Assembly: GCF_006345805.1 (NCBI RefSeq)
Contig: NC_043003.1
Coordinates: 49,104,001 to 49,168,000 of the forward strand
Direction: 5' to 3'
DNA from: Octopus sinensis
Lineage: Eukaryota
DNA: 64,000 bases
Numbering within the stretch: the first letter of the stretch is position 1; each line of letters opens with the position of its first letter. The position numbers and the translations under genes were made by a program. Below, one piece after another: positions 62,898 to 64,000 of this stretch. The notes under the pieces are model-generated. The model did no database searches and was not told the DNA's origin. It was given only the letters and a program-made list of their open reading frames with translations.

Positions 62898-63281
62898 TTA
62901 AATATTCTCTGATAAATTTGTTCGAAACTTTTACCGGCATCCTCTCTATCGCCGGGTATAATCTGCGTCTGCGCAGTGGTTTGAAAAGTTAGAATATACA
63001 AGCAGTTAGTTTTACATGTGGATCTGGCTGTGGTGTATTTGAAATTGAAAGGCTGTCCCACTGAGGAAACTGGCCTTCAGCAAATATTTTTTTGCTGGAA
63101 ATAGTTAGAATCCATGGCTTGGGAAATAATTGAGATGGTAAACGTTTTTAATTTTCAATCCTTTCGAAAATTTTTCCTCATTTGGTGGTTTTGAGTTTTC
63201 TACTGCTCTTTCTAGCACGGCTTTCCTATTTGGAAGCCTCTTATTGTATTTCTATATACATACATACATATAATATATATA

Positions 63282-63333
<52 letters not shown>

Positions 63334-64000
63334 ATATTGCTAGAATTCAACAGACTTATATCATGTTTCGTGCGAAATAAAGTCGCAGTTATTCAATCCA
63401 ATTTTAGATAATAGATGACAACTCCGACATTTTAACTGGTTTGACTCTACGGTCTTGAGAATTCAATCTTCCAGTTTGTCATTAATGCACATACACATAC
63501 ACACACACTCATATACTCACACACATATATATAACATATGTGTATAACCATGCACGCAAACATGTATATGCACGCATACATACAAGGACACACTCAGGCA
63601 TGAGACTGTCAAATACATTATTTGCTATCCATGATATAACCATTATGAAATGTTTGAATGGTGGCTGCTCAAAATAACTTTTTAACTTAATGAAGAAATC
63701 CACCATTTTGGAAATAGTTTCATCCACTATATTTTAGAAACAAAACATTACAATATTGAATTGTTTTCATAATTGAAATAAAGCAATAGGAGGTTAGCTA
63801 TTTAGCTAATAACGAACATAAAATTTCTTTATATGACTAGAAACATTTTTATCCTCACATGAGACAGAATTTCCAAAATACAAAAATTAAAGTTTAATAA
63901 ATATTTCGCAAATTAGATTGATATATATTTCTCGGACTTTATTAAACTGGCGCTAACATCTAAATTCAATAAATTATTAAATCTAATTAATCATTAGATT

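Noticed and set aside
63345-63405. Minus-strand TGCGA/TCGCA hairpin followed by GAAACATG
   Set aside because: The CUGANGA core is absent (TTGAATAA). At best a heavily decayed ribozyme remnant.

Overview
Repeat-saturated, AT-rich animal genomic DNA, most likely octopus (coleoid cephalopod). That assignment rests on my recall of the SINE families and the extreme microsatellite load; I could not search it. I found no supportable host protein-coding exon, rRNA, true tRNA or CRISPR array, and almost all ORF-track entries are microsatellite artefacts. The window holds: three tRNA-headed SINE families (about 30 copies); fossil DNA transposons (Tigger/pogo, three mariner pieces, a full-length IR/DR-type Tc1, a Buster/Charlie-type hAT); LINE remnants (RTE, CR1/L2-like, two R4/Dong-like RLE elements); a 100-N gap; and a dense set of Penelope-like elements (PLEs). 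The main signal is the PLE set. Three unrelated PLE remnants (30-31 kb, 40.7-45.9 kb, 56.6-58.6 kb) retain only the GIY-YIG end and are bracketed by outward-facing inverted repeats carrying hammerhead ribozyme (HHR) motifs. One of them is a ~2.5 kb fold-back palindrome with a spacer-less apex, later split by a hAT. A fourth PLE (46-48.3 kb) has a nearly intact RT core plus GIY-YIG, its own 3' HHR and a foreign HHR cassette at its 5' end. Further observations: SINE insertion at GGTA, SINE-into-SINE replacement, a SINE/LINE shared 3' tail, CRE-TATA promoters in a PLE repeat, and a 163-bp near-perfect palindrome. All alignments and folds were done by eye.
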